64,000 nucleotides of DNA from contig CAWCSY010000006.1 in the NCBI GenBank assembly GCA_963798355.1, forward strand, positions 528,959 through 592,958, given 5' to 3'. The notes beneath the pieces were generated by a model, which saw only the letters and a program-made list of their open reading frames with translations, made no database searches and was not told the DNA's origin. Shown piece after piece: positions 9,504-18,843 of the stretch (positions are counted from its first letter, which is position 1; each line of letters begins with the position of its first letter). This DNA is from an uncultured Microthrixaceae bacterium. GTDB lineage: Bacteria; Actinomycetota; Acidimicrobiia; Acidimicrobiales; Acidimicrobilacustridaceae. The position numbers and the translations under genes were made by a program.

Positions 9504-10307
9504 TCATGTGACCGCGTCGGCGGCGCCTCCGTCGACGCGGAGATGGGCTCCGTTGATGTGCCAGCTCGGCTCGCCGACGACCATGGCCACGACCCGGCCG
9601 ATGTCTTCGGGGAACGGCACCCGGCCCGAGGGGTTGGTCATGACCCGGTCGATCAGGTAGCGCTCGATGGCGGGCCAGTCGGTGCCGAGGCCCTTCTTCT
9701 CGGCGGCGGTGGTCGCTCGCTCGATCACCTCGGGTGTGGCGATGAGCCCTGGGCTCACGCAGTTCACGGTGATGCCCGTGCCGGCGAGGTGCTTCGACAG
9801 GCTGACCGTGATGGCCGGTAGGGCGCCCTTCGCCGCGTAGTACTCGGGTATGCGGTCGCCAGGCCGGGTGGCGCCAACCGTGGCGACGAAGACGATGCGC
9901 CCCCAGCCCCGTTGGCGCATCGGTTCGACGAAGGCGTCGACCACCCGGATCGCCGACACCACGTTGGTGTCGTAGCTGGCGTGCCAGCTGTCGCCGGTCG
10001 CATCTTCCCAGGTGGTGCCGTCGGCCACGCCGTAGTTGTTGACGAGGATGTCGACCCGGTCCGTGATCTGCCCGACCGACGCCCGGAGGTCGGCCCCGCC
10101 GCGGTCGGAGCGGATGTCGCCGCTCACGGTGTGGGCTCTTCCGCCCGCCTCGGTGATGGCGGCGACAGTGGCATCGGCCTGACCGGGCTCCAGGCCGTGG
10201 ACGAGCACGGTGGCGCCCTCGGCGGCGAGGATCGCCGCGATGCCCGCGCCCGTTCCCCGCCATGCACCGGTCACGAGGGCGAACTTGCCCCCCAACCCGA
10301 GATCCAT
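9504..10307 (-). CDS. short-chain dehydrogenase/reductase (SDR)
   Basis: RBS GAGGAG. Contains TGAWRGTGAG, NNYG and YYAAK motifs. Intact 267 aa. Confidence 0.9.
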   Translation of the reverse strand: MDLGLGGKFALVTGAWRGTGAGIAAILAAEGATVLVHGLEPGQADATVAAITEAGGRAHTVSGDIRSDRGGADLRASVGQITDRVDILVNNYGVADGTTWEDATGDSWHASYDTNVVSAIRVVDAFVEPMRQRGWGRIVFVATVGATRPGDRIPEYYAAKGALPAITVSLSKHLAGTGITVNCVSPGLIATPEVIERATTAAEKKGLGTDWPAIERYLIDRVMTNPSGRVPFPEDIGRVVAMVVGEPSWHINGAHLRVDGGAADAVT

Positions 10308-10384
10308 GATCGCTCCTCGGTCGTCACCTCAGCTCATGGCGCGTGATCCTTGCACGGTCCGGACGAGGTGGCGATCGGCCGAGG

Positions 10385-11917
10385 TCAGGTGGGCAGACCG
10401 AGGGTGAGCAGCGCAGGTGGGGTGCTCATGCCGACGGGGATGACGAGCCGGTCGCCGGCCACCGACAACCAGCCGTTCACGCCGCCCCCGAGGTCTCGGC
10501 TCCACATGATCTGGCCGTCGGTGCGGCGGAGGGCGACGAGCGTGCCGTCGAGCAGCACCGTCACGGCGAGATCGCCGACCACTGCAATGCCCCCGAGCGG
10601 GTCACCCGACACCGCGGTCGACCAGAGGACCGACCCGTCGGTCGCGTCGACCGCGACCACTGCGCCGTCCTCTTGTCCGAACGTCGCCCCGAAGTACGCG
10701 GTCTCGGCGGGGGAGAGGGTGGCCGGAGCGTTGATCACGGCGGCATAGACCACGCCGTCGGCGGTGGCCGGCGGCGTGAGGATGCCGCCATAGGTGCCCG
10801 GCGCCACCTCGGTGGGTCCGTCGAGGGAGGTCAGGTCGTCGTTGTGGTGGTCGCCGACCTCGCGGGTCCAGAGCTCGGTGCCGTCGTCGGGGTCGAGCCC
10901 GACGAGCACCCCGGACTTGCCGGCGCTGACGACGACGTCGTTCCCGTCGGCATCCTTGGCCATGAGGGCGTGCACCTGATCGCGGTCGAACAGGTCGTGG
11001 GGCGTGACCTGGTGGTACCAGCGCAGCGTCCCGGTGGCCAGGTCGAGGGCGACGAGCGAGTCGGTGTACAGGTTCGATCCGGGACGGCTGGTCCCGTTCG
11101 GCCACTCGGGCGTGCCGGGGAACGGCGCCGGGTTGGCCACGCCGAAGTACGCCATGCCCCGAGCGGTGTCGACCGCTGGCGGGTACCAGGCACCGCCACC
11201 GGAGTTCACGTCGGGACGGCCCCACAGGTCGCCGGCGACGGTGTCGAAGGTCCACTCCACCGTTCCCGTCGCGGCGTCGAGGGCGTAGATGACGCCCCGG
11301 TCGCCTGGGGCGTAGATGCCGCCGATGCTGATCGGGACGGAGCTCACGAGCACCGTGCCGTCGACCACGATCGGTTGGATGTCGATGCCGACCGAGGGCG
11401 TGGGCGTGACGTCGGCCGTCCAGATCTCGGTGCCGTCGTCGAGGTCGAGAGCGACCACGCCCTGCGAGGCGTCCAGCGCGTAGACCCGTTGGTCATCGAC
11501 GGCCACGCCGAAGGGCCCGATGTTCAGGCCCCTCGGAGTGCTCGACCACCGGAGCTTGCCGTCGTCGAGCCCGACGGCCACGACCTGGCCGGAGCTGCCC
11601 TGCGCGTACACGACGCCGTCGACCACGATCGGCACTGTCGACAGGGACCCGATCTCGGGTAGATCCGTGCGCCAGAGCTGGCTGAGATCAGCGACCGTGG
11701 CGGCGGTGATCGGCGAGTCGACCGCCGCCCGGGTGTTGGCCAGGTCGTGGCCGGCCGTCGGCCAGTCCGCGGACACGACCATCGGCACCGACCCCGAGGG
11801 GCCGCCCACCCGATCGTTCACCGACGGCGTCGATCCTCCGTCGGCACCACACGCCGCCAGGAACGCAACCGTGACCAGGCAGATCGCCGCCCTTCTGCAG
11901 TTGATGCCGCCGATCAT
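10385..11917 (-). CDS. PQQ-like/BamB-like beta-propeller repeat lipoprotein
   Basis: ATG 11917 is preceded by AAGGAG. Lipobox in VTVAFLAACGADGG. Repeated propeller blades (VVYA.., ALD..TG...W). The in-frame extension to 12085 was rejected. Confidence 0.8.
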   Translation of the reverse strand: MIGGINCRRAAICLVTVAFLAACGADGGSTPSVNDRVGGPSGSVPMVVSADWPTAGHDLANTRAAVDSPITAATVADLSQLWRTDLPEIGSLSTVPIVVDGVVYAQGSSGQVVAVGLDDGKLRWSSTPRGLNIGPFGVAVDDQRVYALDASQGVVALDLDDGTEIWTADVTPTPSVGIDIQPIVVDGTVLVSSVPISIGGIYAPGDRGVIYALDAATGTVEWTFDTVAGDLWGRPDVNSGGGAWYPPAVDTARGMAYFGVANPAPFPGTPEWPNGTSRPGSNLYTDSLVALDLATGTLRWYHQVTPHDLFDRDQVHALMAKDADGNDVVVSAGKSGVLVGLDPDDGTELWTREVGDHHNDDLTSLDGPTEVAPGTYGGILTPPATADGVVYAAVINAPATLSPAETAYFGATFGQEDGAVVAVDATDGSVLWSTAVSGDPLGGIAVVGDLAVTVLLDGTLVALRRTDGQIMWSRDLGGGVNGWLSVAGDRLVIPVGMSTPPALLTLGLPT

Positions 11918-12107
11918 CGTGAGCTCCTTGCTGGTTGCCGGGCGCACGAGTCTGTCCTGCCGCACCGCGTCACGCGGGAACCTCGGACGCGACCACGCAC
12001 GTGTCGTGGGTCTCACCCGCGAACCGGGTGCGGGGCGCGGGGACGTAGAAGGGCCCTGTCCGCCGACCGAGACGCGGTCGGTCATGCAGACGCCACCATC
12101 CCAATTC

Positions 12108-12121
12108 TGACACGCGTGTCA
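12108..12121. promoter_or_regulatory. perfect 14-bp palindrome TGACACGCGTGTCA, candidate operator
   Basis: Lies in the divergent intergenic region between the lipoprotein gene and the BVMO gene. It abuts a CATACT/TACTGG -10-like box, about 70 nt upstream of ATG 12195. A 7-bp-stem hairpin CCGACCG-agacg-CGGTCGG sits at 12063-12081. Confidence 0.5.
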
Positions 12122-12194
12122 TACTGGGCCCGAGCGCGGTTGCGGCCGTCTCGGTCAGGTGTGGGGAAGCGACTGGACGAGCACGAGGGGATCG

Positions 12195-14020
12195 ATGGTG
12201 GGTGAAGGTGGAGCAGTGGGCTACGACCCGGAGGCGGTCCACGCGAAGTACCTGGCCGAGCGCGACAAGCGGCTGGTGCCCGGTCGTGCGGACATCCGAG
12301 ACCTGGCGACCGACCAGCACTTCGCCCGGTACCGCGAGGACCCCTTCACACCCCTGACGGAACGTGATCCCGTGTCCGACGACGTCGACGTGGTGATCGT
12401 GGGCGGAGGGATCGCCGGGGTCCTTGCCGGCGCCCAGCTGCGCAAGGCCGGCGTCGACCGGATCCGCATCATCGACCAGGCCGGTGGGATCGGCGGCACC
12501 TGGTACTGGAACCGCTACCCGGGTGTGATGTGCGACGTCGAGTCCTACATCTACCTCCCGATGCTCGAGGAGCTCGACTACATCCCGACCCGGCGCTACG
12601 CGTCCGGCGAGGAGATCCGTCAGCACCTGCAGGCGATCGGGGACAGGTTCGATCTGGGCTCCGACGCGCTCTTCCACACCGGGGTGACCCGTTCGGCCTG
12701 GGACGAGGAAGCGGCCCGGTGGCGGATCAGCACCGATCGGGGCGACGAGATCTCGGCCTGCTACTACGTGCTGGCGGTCGGGATCCTGAACCTGCTGAAG
12801 CTGCCTGCGATCCCCGGCATGGACGAGTTCGGTGGGCACTCGTTCCACACGGCCCGCTGGGACTACGCGCTACACCGGCGGCGGTCCGGACGAGCAGCTC
12901 TCCGAGCTGGGCGACAAGGTCGTGGGTCTCATCGGTACGGGCGCCACCGGCATCCAGTGCGTGCCGGCGCTCGCCGATGCGGCCGAGCACCTCTACGTGT
13001 TCCAGCGCACGCCGTCGGCCATCGGGGAGCGGGGGAACCGGCCGACCGCCCCCGACTTCGGCGAGGGGCTCGAGCCCGGATGGCAGCAGGCCCGGATGGA
13101 CAACTTCCAGGCGGTCATGCTGGGTCGGCCGGTCGACGGTCGATCAGACCGACGACGGTTGGACGCACCACTACGCCGCCGTCAACCACCCACCCCGGTG
13201 GAAGGGCATGACGATCGAGGAGTACCTCCGGAACGGCGAGGAGATCGACTTCGGGATCATGGAGGAGCACCGTCGTCGGGTCGAGCAGCTGGTCGACGAT
13301 CCCGCCACCGCCGAGATCCTCAAGCCGTACTACCGGTACCTGTGCAAGCGTCCGTGCTTCCACGACGAGTACCTGCCGGCTCTGAACGACCCCAAGGTCA
13401 CCGTCGTCGACTGCCCCGCCGGCATCGAGCGGGTGACCGTGCAGGGCCCGGTCGTCGACGGTGAGCAGTACGAGGTGGACTGCCTCGTCTACGGCACGGG
13501 CTTCGAGGCCGAGCTCACGCCCCTGTTCCGGCGCGCCGGCCACGACATCATCGGTCGGGACGGGATCACCCTGGCCGAGGACTGGGCCGACGGTGCCAAC
13601 AGCCTCTTCGGGATGATGAGCCGCGGCTTCCCCAACATGTTCGTCATGCCGGCGCCCGGCCAGCAGGCCGTCGTCACCGTCAACTACACCCAGCTCGCGG
13701 TGCTCGGGGCCGAGTTCGTCGGCGGCGCTGTCGGCCTCCTCGAGCAGCGGGGCACGAAGGTGTTCGACGTCAGCGCCGAAGCCCAGGAGGAGTGGGGCCG
13801 GAAGATCATCGACTCCTTCGTGGATGCCAGCGGGGTGATGTCTGCGTGCACGCCGTCACGGATCAACCAGGAGGGCAACCCGCAGGGTTTGAACCCCCGG
13901 AACGGCAACTACGGACGCGGCCTGGGTGACTACTTCGCGTATCGCGAGCTCCTGGAGCAGTGGCTCGACAAGGCCGACTTCGACGGCCTGGAGCTCGACG
14001 AGCGGTTCGTGGCGCCGTAG
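12195..14020 (+). pseudogene. Baeyer-Villiger (type I flavin) monooxygenase with two frame changes
   Basis: FAD motif VVIVGGGIAGVLAG. BVMO fingerprint FGGHSFHTARWD. Second Rossmann motif GLIGTGATGIQ. The three segments lie in the frames of 12159, 12832 and 12530, with junctions near 12868 and 13138. Stop at 14018-14020. Confidence 0.85.
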
Positions 14021-14022
14021 CC

Positions 14023-15702
14023 GTGGCCGAGGTCGTGCACGACCATCAGCGGGTCGTCGTGGTCACCGGTGGCGGCGGCGGCATCGGCGGCGCGATCGCC
14101 GAGGAGCTCGGTCGCCAGGGCGCCTTCGTCGTCACCCTGGACCCGCTCGTCTCCCTCGACGGATCCGAGCAGCTGCCCGCGCCTGAGGAGACGACTGCCG
14201 GCCGCATCGTCGCCGCAGGGGGATCAGCTCGCGCCGCGTCGGTGTCGGTGACCGATCGTGCGGCCGTGCGCGCGCTGTTCGATGGTCTGGTCGACGAGCT
14301 CGGCGGACTCGATGCGGTGATCAACGTCGCCGGCATCTCCCGACCGACGAGCTTCTCCGGCGGAAGCGAGGAGGACTGGCTCGCGGTGCTCGGCGTGCAC
14401 CTCGACGGCTACCTCAACGTCCTCGGGGCGGCTCTCCCGATCATGGCTGCGGCCGGCCACGGGCACATCCTCGGAGTGACATCCGGTTCGGGATGGCGGC
14501 CGGCCGACGCCGGCGCGTACGGCAGCGCCAAGCGAGCCGTCGCCGCGCTCACCTGGCAGCTGGGTCGGATCGCCCCGCCCGGGGTCGTCGTCAACGCCAT
14601 CTCGCCGATCGCCGTGACTCGGATGGTGACCGCCGCGCTCAGCCGGGTTCGCAGCGACAGCGGTGGAGCGTCGAGTCCGGCGGCCAGCGGCGGCCTCTCG
14701 CTCGGCTCGATGCCGACGCCCGAAGAGCTCGGGCCGTTCGTGGCCCACCTCGTGAGCGACGACTTCTCCTGGTGTCGCGGCCAGGTCCTCTTCGCTGGAG
14801 GATCGGAGGTCGCGGTGGTCGACGAGCCCCGGATCCTCGAGGTCGTGTGCACCGATCGCGAGCCCTCGCCGGCACAGCTGCTCGAACAGGTGACGGCGGG
14901 CGTGCTGATCCCCGCCGAGCAGAAGCAGGGAAGCACCGGTGGAAGCAACCCGCGGGTCGGGCCGCTTCCGGACAGCGCGGCGGCTGGCGACCTCCCACCA
15001 GCGGCCGTGCACTCCTGTGCGATCGTCACCGACCGCCCGGAGCTGGCCACCGCCGTCTCCGGCGCCCTCGAGGCCCGGGGGGTGCAGTGCCACATGGTCG
15101 AGGCGGCCCCCGACCCGACCAGCTTCGGAGACGCCGACGAGGTCCTGAGCTCCGCCATCGGCCATGTCGGCCCGCTCGATGCCGTCGTCGTCGCCTTGCG
15201 CGCGGCCCCTTCGAAGACCAGCCCGTCGACCGACTGGGAGCAGGTGCTGGCCGAGCACGACGGTCTCGTCGGGCAGATCCACACGGACGCCGGCTGGGCC
15301 CGGGCTGCTGCCGACCACGCCGTTCGTGCCGATCGGCCCGTTCGGTTGGTGACCCTCACCGACGCCACCACCTCCGGTGGCCGGAGCAGGGGACAGGCCT
15401 CGGCCCAGCTCGCCCGGGCCGCGCTGAAGGCCACCGGTGATCGCGTCGCCGCGTTCGCGGTCAGCATCGAGACGCAGGAGCCGAGTGACGTGCAGGCGAT
15501 CGGCCAGCTCGTGGCCCACCTGCTCTGCAGCCCCGACTCGGCGGCCCTGTCGGGAGCCGAACTGGTGGCGGCCACCGGCTGGGTCGGCCTGCGCAGCCAT
15601 CCCCACCCGGGCGGGAGCATCAGCCTCGATGGAACCGACATCCCCGACTGGTTCGACGCCGCGCTCCGGAGCATCGTCCGCGTGGAACCAGATCAGCGAT
15701 GA
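14023..15702 (+). CDS. two-domain oxidoreductase: classical SDR plus a degenerate Rossmann-like second half
   Basis: GTG 14023 follows the BVMO stop directly. N-terminal VTGGGGGIGGAIA, NVAG and YGSAKRA motifs. The C-terminal ~300 aa look SDR-like but lack the glycine motif. Confidence 0.7.
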   Translation: MAEVVHDHQRVVVVTGGGGGIGGAIAEELGRQGAFVVTLDPLVSLDGSEQLPAPEETTAGRIVAAGGSARAASVSVTDRAAVRALFDGLVDELGGLDAVINVAGISRPTSFSGGSEEDWLAVLGVHLDGYLNVLGAALPIMAAAGHGHILGVTSGSGWRPADAGAYGSAKRAVAALTWQLGRIAPPGVVVNAISPIAVTRMVTAALSRVRSDSGGASSPAASGGLSLGSMPTPEELGPFVAHLVSDDFSWCRGQVLFAGGSEVAVVDEPRILEVVCTDREPSPAQLLEQVTAGVLIPAEQKQGSTGGSNPRVGPLPDSAAAGDLPPAAVHSCAIVTDRPELATAVSGALEARGVQCHMVEAAPDPTSFGDADEVLSSAIGHVGPLDAVVVALRAAPSKTSPSTDWEQVLAEHDGLVGQIHTDAGWARAAADHAVRADRPVRLVTLTDATTSGGRSRGQASAQLARAALKATGDRVAAFAVSIETQEPSDVQAIGQLVAHLLCSPDSAALSGAELVAATGWVGLRSHPHPGGSISLDGTDIPDWFDAALRSIVRVEPDQR

Positions 15703-15742
15703 CGACTCCCGAGTCGCTGAGTCGAGGAGCCGAGGAGACGCC

Positions 15743-16609
15743 ATGACCCGACCACCGACGCGCGTCGTGGATGCCCATGTGCACCTGTGGGATCCGGCCC
15801 GGACCGACTGGTACCCGTACCTTTCGGGGGGTCGAGACCTGGACATGGGCGACGTCACCGGCATGTCGCGCCTCTTCGACGTGCCGACCTACCTGGCCGA
15901 ATCGGCCCGGTGGAACGTCGAGAAGCTGGTGAACGTCGCCGCGGCCACTGGCGGTCACTCGGTCGAGGAGACGCTCCACCTCGACCGCCGGGCCGACGTA
16001 GAGGGGCATCCCGATGCCATCGTCGGCGGGATCCCCCCGACCGAGTCGACCGCAGAGGCCGTCGCGCTGCTCGATCGGCAGATGGAGGCCCGTCGCTTGC
16101 GGGGGGTGCGCCCGATGGGGGTCGCAGCCGAGCCGCTGCCCGAGGACGACGTCCTCCGGGCCGTTCAGGAGCGAGGCCTGCTCTTCGAGCTGATGGCCCA
16201 CCCGGATCAGCTCCAGCCGGCCGCCGCGCGGTTGGCGGCCTTCGACGAGCTTGTTGTCGTCGTCGAGCACGCCGGCTGGCCCCGTTCGGATTCGGACGAG
16301 GAGCTCGCCCTGTGGAAGGTGGGCATGGATGCGCTCGCGAGGGTCGGCGACAACGTGGTCTGCAAGTTGTCCGGGTTGGCGATGCCCCTCGGGTCGATGC
16401 GCGTGGAAGCCTTGACCCCGTGGCTCGAGTACGCGATCGAGACGTTCGGGGTCGACCGGTGCATGTTCGCCAGCAACTTCCCGGTGGACGGCATGCACGG
16501 GACCTTCGACGAGCTGTACTCCACGTACACCGCAGTTACGGCGGGACTCGACGACGCATCCCGCGAGAAGCTGTTCGCCTCCAACGCCGAGCGCGTGTAC
16601 CGGTGCTGA
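15743..16609 (+). CDS. amidohydrolase-2 family metal-dependent hydrolase (PF04909-like)
   Basis: RBS GAGGAG. VVDAHVHLWDP HxH start. 288 aa. Confidence 0.85.
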   Translation: MTRPPTRVVDAHVHLWDPARTDWYPYLSGGRDLDMGDVTGMSRLFDVPTYLAESARWNVEKLVNVAAATGGHSVEETLHLDRRADVEGHPDAIVGGIPPTESTAEAVALLDRQMEARRLRGVRPMGVAAEPLPEDDVLRAVQERGLLFELMAHPDQLQPAAARLAAFDELVVVVEHAGWPRSDSDEELALWKVGMDALARVGDNVVCKLSGLAMPLGSMRVEALTPWLEYAIETFGVDRCMFASNFPVDGMHGTFDELYSTYTAVTAGLDDASREKLFASNAERVYRC

Positions 16610-16710
16610 GCGCTCGAACTCGACGACGACCCACCCCGATTCCACGCTGCACCACTAGGTTCCCGTGGGGCGCCGGAGGGTCCGTGCTCGCAGCATCGTC
16701 TGGAGGGGTC

Positions 16711-17847
16711 ATGCCTGTCCCGCTCGGCTATGAGGCCCGGGCCTCGAAGGGCGGTGTTGCCGTCGCGGCGTCGTCGGCTGCCGTCCGGGTCGACATCGCC
16801 GAGGAGGCGCCGGCTCTCTGGTTCCCCCAGGCCGACGTCGACGTGGCAGGCCTCGATGACGCTGCCTGGCGTTCCGGGGAGGGTGAGCTCGCTGGCTTCG
16901 TGGCGTTCGACGAGGAGGTGGTCGACCTGGTCATCGTCGATGCCGCAACCGGAGACGACGAGCGTGAGGTCACGATCAAGCGGTTCCCGACGTGGGGGGA
17001 TGCTGCGGATCTGATCAGGATCCTCGACGTGCAGCCTGATGGCGATCTTCGGTACCGGGCCGAGGGTCGCGACGACTGGCGCCGGCCCGTCGTGGAAGGC
17101 AGTCAGATCCTCGGTCAGGCCATCGTCGCGGCGTCGCGCGAGCTGCCCGGCCGACGAGTGGTGTCCGCCTCGATGGTGTTCACCCGCGCCGCGGATGCCC
17201 GTGATCCGTGTTCGATCGACCTCGAGGCGATCGCGGCGGGCCGCACGTTCTCGACGTTCGGGATCCGGGCGGTGCAGGACGGACGCACCTGTGCGGCGGG
17301 CACGCTGCTGCTCGACGCCACCGCGCCCGATGTCATCCACCGGGCCGATCCGGCTCCCCCGATGCCCGGGCCCTACGAGTCGACGCCCTATGACATGGCG
17401 GTCACGGGTCGCGACCTGCGCATCGTGGACGACGCCTACACCGGCGACCCCGACGCCCCGGTCGGGCCGGCCGAGCTCGGAGCGTGGGTCCGGTTCCGAG
17501 AGGTGCCCGACGATCAGCCGCTCCACGCTGCGCTGCTGGCCCAGTTCACCGGGCACATGTCGATCGCGGCCGCACTCCGCCCACATTTCGGCGTCGGCCA
17601 GGATCAGGCCCACCGGACGTTGTCGACGGCGATCAACGCGATCTCCCTGTCGATCCACGGCGAGGTCCGCGCGGACGAGTGGATGCTCTATCACCACCGG
17701 GCCACCTTCGCCGGTGCCGGCATGACCCACGCCGAGTGCCGCGTCTACGACGAACCCGGGGCGCTCGTCGCGTCGTTCACCGTCGATGCGATGGTCCGTG
17801 GGTTCGCCGACCCGTCGAAGCATGCTGACGAGAGGACGGCGCTGTGA
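16711..17847 (+). CDS. acyl-CoA thioesterase II (TesB-like double hot-dog) with a ~100 aa N-terminal extension carrying DUF427-like motifs
   Basis: RBS GGAGGGG. TesB-like blocks EGSQILGQAIVAAS, RTFSTFGIRAVQDGRTCAAGTLL, INAISLSIHGEVRADEWMLYHH. The N-terminus has ALWFPQADVDV and AGFVAFDEEVV, reminiscent of DUF427. Confidence 0.7.
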   Translation: MPVPLGYEARASKGGVAVAASSAAVRVDIAEEAPALWFPQADVDVAGLDDAAWRSGEGELAGFVAFDEEVVDLVIVDAATGDDEREVTIKRFPTWGDAADLIRILDVQPDGDLRYRAEGRDDWRRPVVEGSQILGQAIVAASRELPGRRVVSASMVFTRAADARDPCSIDLEAIAAGRTFSTFGIRAVQDGRTCAAGTLLLDATAPDVIHRADPAPPMPGPYESTPYDMAVTGRDLRIVDDAYTGDPDAPVGPAELGAWVRFREVPDDQPLHAALLAQFTGHMSIAAALRPHFGVGQDQAHRTLSTAINAISLSIHGEVRADEWMLYHHRATFAGAGMTHAECRVYDEPGALVASFTVDAMVRGFADPSKHADERTAL

Positions 17848-18572
17848 GCCTCACTGCAGCTCGGGGTCCGCTCGGGACCGATCCGTCGGGCTGGTTCTCA
17901 CCGCCGCTGCCGACCGGAGCTGTGTTCGTCGAGCCACACCCCCGACGCATCCAGGCGATCGTCGACGGGCGCCCCGTCATCGACACCGAGCGCGCCCTGC
18001 TGGTGCATCGGGTCGGCCGTCCGCTCACCTACGCGTTCCCGGCCGACGAGGTCGGCGGCCTGGCGAGCGAACCGGAGCCCGAGGCCCCCGGCTACGTCGT
18101 GGTCCCGTGGGACGCGGTCGACACCTGGGTGGAGGAGGGACGCACGCTCGTGCACTACCCGCCGAACCCGTATCACCGGATCGACTGCCACCCGACGAGT
18201 CGCCACCTCCGGGTCGAGGTCGCCGGCACCGTGCTCGTCGACACGACCGACACCATCATCGTGTTCGAGACCGCGCTGGCCCCGAAGCTCTACGCCGACC
18301 GGGCGTTGGTGCGGGCCGACCTGCTCCACCCGAGCACGACGGCGACCTACTGCAACTACAAGGGTGAGGCCTCTTACTGGTCGGCGACCATCGGCGACAC
18401 GGTCGTCGAGGACGTCGCGTGGAGCTACGAGGACCCGCTCCCCGAGAGCCTCCCGATCAAGGGGTACCTCAGCTTCGATCTCACCCGGGCCGAGGTCGTC
18501 GCCGACCTGCCCGTCGGGTCCGAGCGCCTGCCGGTCCAGTGCGACACCGAATGCGACGTCCCGATGCGATGA
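17844..18572 (+). CDS. DUF427 domain protein
   Basis: GTG 17844 overlaps the upstream stop (GTGA). DUF427 hallmark TYCNYKGEASYWSATIG...AWSYEDPLPESLPIKGYLSF. Confidence 0.75.
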   Translation: MSLTAARGPLGTDPSGWFSPPLPTGAVFVEPHPRRIQAIVDGRPVIDTERALLVHRVGRPLTYAFPADEVGGLASEPEPEAPGYVVVPWDAVDTWVEEGRTLVHYPPNPYHRIDCHPTSRHLRVEVAGTVLVDTTDTIIVFETALAPKLYADRALVRADLLHPSTTATYCNYKGEASYWSATIGDTVVEDVAWSYEDPLPESLPIKGYLSFDLTRAEVVADLPVGSERLPVQCDTECDVPMR

Positions 18573-18599
18573 CCGGCGCGGCGGTGATTCTGGGCGAAC

Positions 18600-18630
18600 C
18601 TTGACAATGACGTCGATGTTGCACTAATTC
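18600..18630 (+). promoter_or_regulatory. operator/promoter motif copy 1 (hexamer triplet plus -10)
   Basis: CTTGACAATGACGTCGATGTTGCAC TAATTC. A low-GC spot 214 nt upstream of the ABC binding-protein ATG. TTGACA and TAATTC are spaced 18 nt apart, like a sigma-70-type promoter. Confidence 0.6.
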
Positions 18631-18700
18631 TTGTCCACGCAAGGTCGGACGGGGTCGACCAGATCCCGCAAGCCGTTCTTGCAACAGGGGCCACCAGGGG

Positions 18701-18724
18701 GTGACGTCGATGGTGCAGCACACC
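18701..18724 (+). promoter_or_regulatory. partial second copy of the operator core (no -10 box)
   Basis: GTGACGTCGATGGTGCAGCACACC repeats TGACGTCGATG-TGCA of copy 1, about 95 nt downstream of it. Confidence 0.45.
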
Positions 18725-18843
18725 GCGTTGAGCTCTTCCTCGGCGCGCCGTCGACCGGTCGGCGCCTGATCAACCCTCGAAGTCGACCCTCACCCCATCG
18801 GCAGGCGGTCACGACCATCTGCACTCTCCAGGAGGAACGATCC

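Noticed and set aside
14224-15864. 546-aa and 421-aa minus-strand ORFs
   Set aside because: They are antisense to the double-SDR gene, which has clear SDR motifs. The antisense translations are low in complexity.
18631-18843. In-frame upstream extension of the ABC binding-protein ORF
   Set aside because: It has no start-codon context, its sequence is not signal-peptide-like, and it spans the promoter/operator copies. ATG 18844 has a GGAGGA RBS and is followed by a lipoprotein signal.
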